A stretch of 63,523 nt of DNA, counting the filler, from Stramenopiles sp. TOSAG23-6 (lineage: Eukaryota): assembly GCA_900128565.1 (NCBI GenBank). It is 14 parts of 14 records of this genome, joined end to end, with 100 filler letters (N's around TTAATTAATTAA, not from the genome) between each part and the next. Parts side by side here need not be neighbours in the genome. Positions count along the whole stretch, not along the records: positions 59,105 to 63,523 come from LT637175.1; 13 more parts are not named here. One strand, given 5' to 3'. The position numbers and the translations under genes are program-made. Positions 59,863 to 63,523 of this stretch are shown in pieces (positions within the stretch are counted from its first letter, which is position 1; each line of letters opens with the position of its first letter). The notes under the pieces are model-generated. The model searched no databases and was not told where the DNA came from. It was given only the letters and a program-made list of their open reading frames with translations.

Positions 59863-62800
59863 TTGCTCTCAGTTTAAGTCCTGGCACAGTTACATTATTA
59901 TTCATGCAACTAAAGAGAACATTATTTCGTATTTCATTATTATTATCAAAACCAGAATTAGCCTCAAAATCAAAAAATTCAAAAAATTTAAAAAATTCAA
60001 AAAATGTAAAAAATTCAAAAAATTCAAAAAATTCAAAAAATTCAAAAAATTCAAAAAATTCAAAAAATAAAAAAAATGTAACATTTTGTTCATCAAATAC
60101 AGTTGAGAAATATCCTGTAACAAACATGAAAAATGATACAAAAAATACAAATATTGAAAATATTGAAAATATACAAAATATACAAAATAATACAAATTAT
60201 GCCATCAAAATCACAAACCTGTCTTGCACTTGGAGATATTTTCAAATTCTTCGTGAAAGCGTTAAAAGGAACAAAACTGTTATTAAAACACGAAAACCGA
60301 CACTTTCAGAATGGCTCTCAGAACGACAAAAGAAACATGAAAATCGTGAATTAGCTGCTTTATATGATTCAGGTGTTTCAAGTCCAAAAATAGTCGATGA
60401 AAAAAATTTTGAAAAAAATTCTGAAAAAATTTTTGAAAAAAATTCTGAAAAAATTTTCATGTTAAAAGATATAAATCTTTCAATTGAAAAAGGTTCAATG
60501 TCTGTAGTTATAGGAAATAAAGGTAGTGGTAAAACATCAATTTGTGCAATGATTTTAGAAGAATTAGAAGAATTAGAAAATACACGAAATATATCAAATT
60601 CCCGAAATCCCCGAAATACACGAAATAATGGTCAAATTGAAATTGTTGGTAGTTGTGCATATGTTGCTCAAACAGCTCATTTAAAAGAGGGTACAATTCG
60701 TGATAATATATTATTTGGTTTACCATGGGATGAACATTGGTATAATGACGTCATTACTGCAACAAACCTGCTTGAAAATTTCCAAATTTTTCCATTAGGA
60801 GATCAAACAAAAATTTCACAACATAGAAATTCAATAGGGTTAGGGTTAGGGCTAGGGTTATCTCTTTCTTCAGAATGTCAATTAAAAATTTCATTAGCTC
60901 GAGCTGTGTATAGTAAAGCATCTATTTATTTAATTGATGGATTGTTTGATGTATGTTTTATTTTTTTTTTTTAGATTTTTTTTGAAATATTTTTTTTCAT
61001 ACGAAATTTTGTACCTAACAAATTTTCAAAATTTTTTTTGAAATATTTTTTCAAAAGACATACTGTTGATTCGTTTATATCAATGAAATTATTTGATGAC
61101 GTCATAGGACCAAATGGGCTTTTCTCTCAATCGTATCATGAAAATCATGAAAATCCAAACAAAAATAACAAAAACAACAAAAATAACAAAAATAACAAAA
61201 ATATTGAAAAAACACGAATTATTACATTTGATTCTGAAAATATGAAAAATGTTGATTTTGAATGGATGAAATCGGCTACATCAATTTGGTATGTTGATAA
61301 TGGTACAATTATAGAGAATGGAAATTATAATAGTTTACTACAAAGAAAAGAAGGAAAATTTTCAAAACTTGTGAAAAATTGTCAAAATCAAAAAAAAAAT
61401 AAATTTAAAAATTGGAAAAATGATTTGAAAAAAAAAACGAAAAAACAAAAAATTGAAAATTATAAAAATACAAAAAATACAAAAAATACAGAAAATACAA
61501 AAAATACAAAAAATACAGAAAAAAAATTATTCGATAAATGTAGTGAAAATCCTATAGGACATGAAACATCTCCATTGACACGTGTCACTTCAAATTGGTT
61601 GACAAATGCTGCTGAAGTGTATGATTCACCAGTCGCATTTCAACAATACAAAAAAAAACTTGATTTTGTTCAACCTATAAAAAATGTAAAAACTACAAAA
61701 ACTATAAAAAATGAAAATTTTGATCATTTTGATCATTTTGAAAATAGCCCTAACCCTAGTGAAAATTTTGATACATTTGAAAATAACCCTAACCCTAATA
61801 ATAATACGGATGAAAGTGTACAAGCAAAACTTCTTTTTTCTGATATATCAATACAAAATCAATATAAAAAAGATCAGTATAATAATATTTTTAGAATGTA
61901 TTATAATGCTGTTTTTTTTTCTGAAAATACAAAAAATACAAAAAATACAAAAAATACAAAAAATACAAAAAATTCAAAAAATACAAAAAATTCAAAAAAT
62001 TTAAAAAAATGTTTTTTTTATTGTCATGGAACATTCCTGTTGATTTTTATCATTGTTCTCTTTATTATTCCAGAAATTTCATACATTTTTGTTGAATATT
62101 GGATCGCAGATTGGTCTGAAAATCAACACGAAATCTCAGCAAAATTTTCATCGTCTGATTATTATGAAAATATTTATATAGTATTTGTGAGTATATGTAT
62201 GTTTTTATTTTTAAATTTTTTTTTTTTTTTTGTATATTTTTTTTTCGTACGAAATTTTGTACCTAACAAAAAAATTTAAAAAAAAAAAAAAATATTTTTC
62301 ACGATATATATGTCATATCATTATATCTAACAAAATATAGAGTATCTCTTTTAACATGGTTGGACGTACAAGCATCACAATATTTAAGAACAAACCTGCT
62401 ACGTTCTATTTTATATGCACCTTTATTACATATAGAAAACACGAAATCGGATGATTTTGTACAATGTTTTATTTCCGATTTACCAACAACTTTTGCTTTA
62501 TTAGCTGTTAGTATACAAACATCACTTTTTTATGGATTTCGTGTTATTTCAACATTTTTATTTATTAGTATAACAGTGCCATACTTTTATATAATAAGTC
62601 CATTTATTTTGATGATTTGCTTATATTGTAGGTTTATTTTTTTTTTTCAAAATTTCAAAAATTTTTTTTTTTTTTTTTTTTTACAAATTTCATACCTAAC
62701 AAAAAAAATTAAATATTTACATTTTTTCAACAATGTATGGGGAGTCTATTATTGTAAAACAATGTCACAATTATTACAATTTCAAAAAAAAACAAAATTA

Positions 62801-63129
62801 AAAATTCATTCTCATTACCAACAATGTTTATCAGGTATTGTGAGTATTCGAAGTTATAACGCAGAAAATTATTCATTACTTGTATGTTTTCAATTTTGAA
62901 TTTATATTTTTTTTTTTTCAATTTTGAATTTAAAATTAAAATTTAAAATTTTTTTTTTTTTTCAAAAATTTTAAAGTTTTTTTTTTACTATGAAAATTTT
63001 GTACCTAATATTTTTTTTTTACTATAAACCTATATTTTCATAAAATACATGAACATTCGCAAAAACTTGAAGATTCAAATAAAGTTACATTTTGTGTCGT
63101 TGCTATTGATGTACGTTTTTTTCATCATG

Positions 63130-63165
<36 letters not shown>

Positions 63166-63429
63166 NNNNNNNNNNNNNNNNNNNNNNNNNNNNNNNNNNN
63201 NNNNNNNNNTTTTTTTTCGGTAAAAAAAAAAAAAAATTTTTTCACAATACATGCTTGGATTGAACAAAGATTATCCTTTATATCAACATTCTTATTATTT
63301 TTTTGTACCACTGCAATTGTCATTTGGAACAAAACTGCTTTTGGTAAAATAGGAATGTCAGGGTTAGGGTTATGTTATGCATTAGAATTTTCAAATAATT
63401 TATTGTTGGGTTGTCGTAGTATTGCAGAT
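59863..63429 (+). CDS. Divergent ABCC/MRP transporter (NBD1 and TMD2 exons), partial
   Basis: LKDINL, Walker A GNKGSGKT, AYVAQ...GTIRDNILFG, ISLARAVY, later G...IRSY and W...RL; many 9-nt repeat insertions and element introns (e.g. 60951-61061). Confidence 0.8.
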
Positions 63430-63523
63430 GTATGTTTTTTTTTTTTTGAATTTTTTTGAATTTTTTTTTCGTACGAAATTTTGTACCTAACGATTTTTTT
63501 TTTTAAATATTTTTCCAAAATAC

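Noticed and set aside
5451-63459. Recurring peptides RNFVPN, YEILYLT, LGTKFRT and KYFSKIH in many ORFs
   Set aside because: They are translations of the intron element in different frames, not a protein motif.
3813-63523. Ciliate-like DNA-eliminated sequences (IES)
   Set aside because: Near-total sense-strand bias and donor/branch signals favour RNA splicing. Not formally excluded without element-free DNA reads.

Overview
Eukaryotic, AT-rich, standard-code DNA from a flagellated protist (CFAP47-, DNAI1- and CFAP97-like genes; finer taxonomy cannot be set from this window). The window is not one locus. It is 14 unlinked contigs of about 4.4 kb, sorted by decreasing length and joined by artificial N/TTAATTAATTAA/N spacers. 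About 30 complete or partial protein genes are recognisable. The dominant feature is a family of roughly 60 short (mostly about 75-120 nt) related insertions in coding sequence, sense to the host gene in all but one case. Consensus: GTAYGT-polyT...TTTCGTACGAAATTTTGTACCTAAC...GAAATATTTTTCCAAAATAC+NN. They have a U2-type donor and branch site and GTAT/ATAC inverted termini, and often a 2-nt direct repeat (AT/AT, TT/TT, GT/GT). Reading frames and conserved motifs are restored when the element is removed up to ATAC+2 nt. That gives mostly GT-AT introns, plus GT-TT, GT-GT, GC-AT and a few GT-AG. This looks like an introner family with a largely AG-independent 3' splice site, coexisting with ordinary GT-AG introns. 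Splicing is inferred, not observed. Also notable: tandem elements with a zero-length exon, unrelated genes joined through elements, scattered TTAGGG dimers in exons and introns, a circular one-gene contig, and a DUF3804 fusion gene resembling picocyanobacterial proteins.
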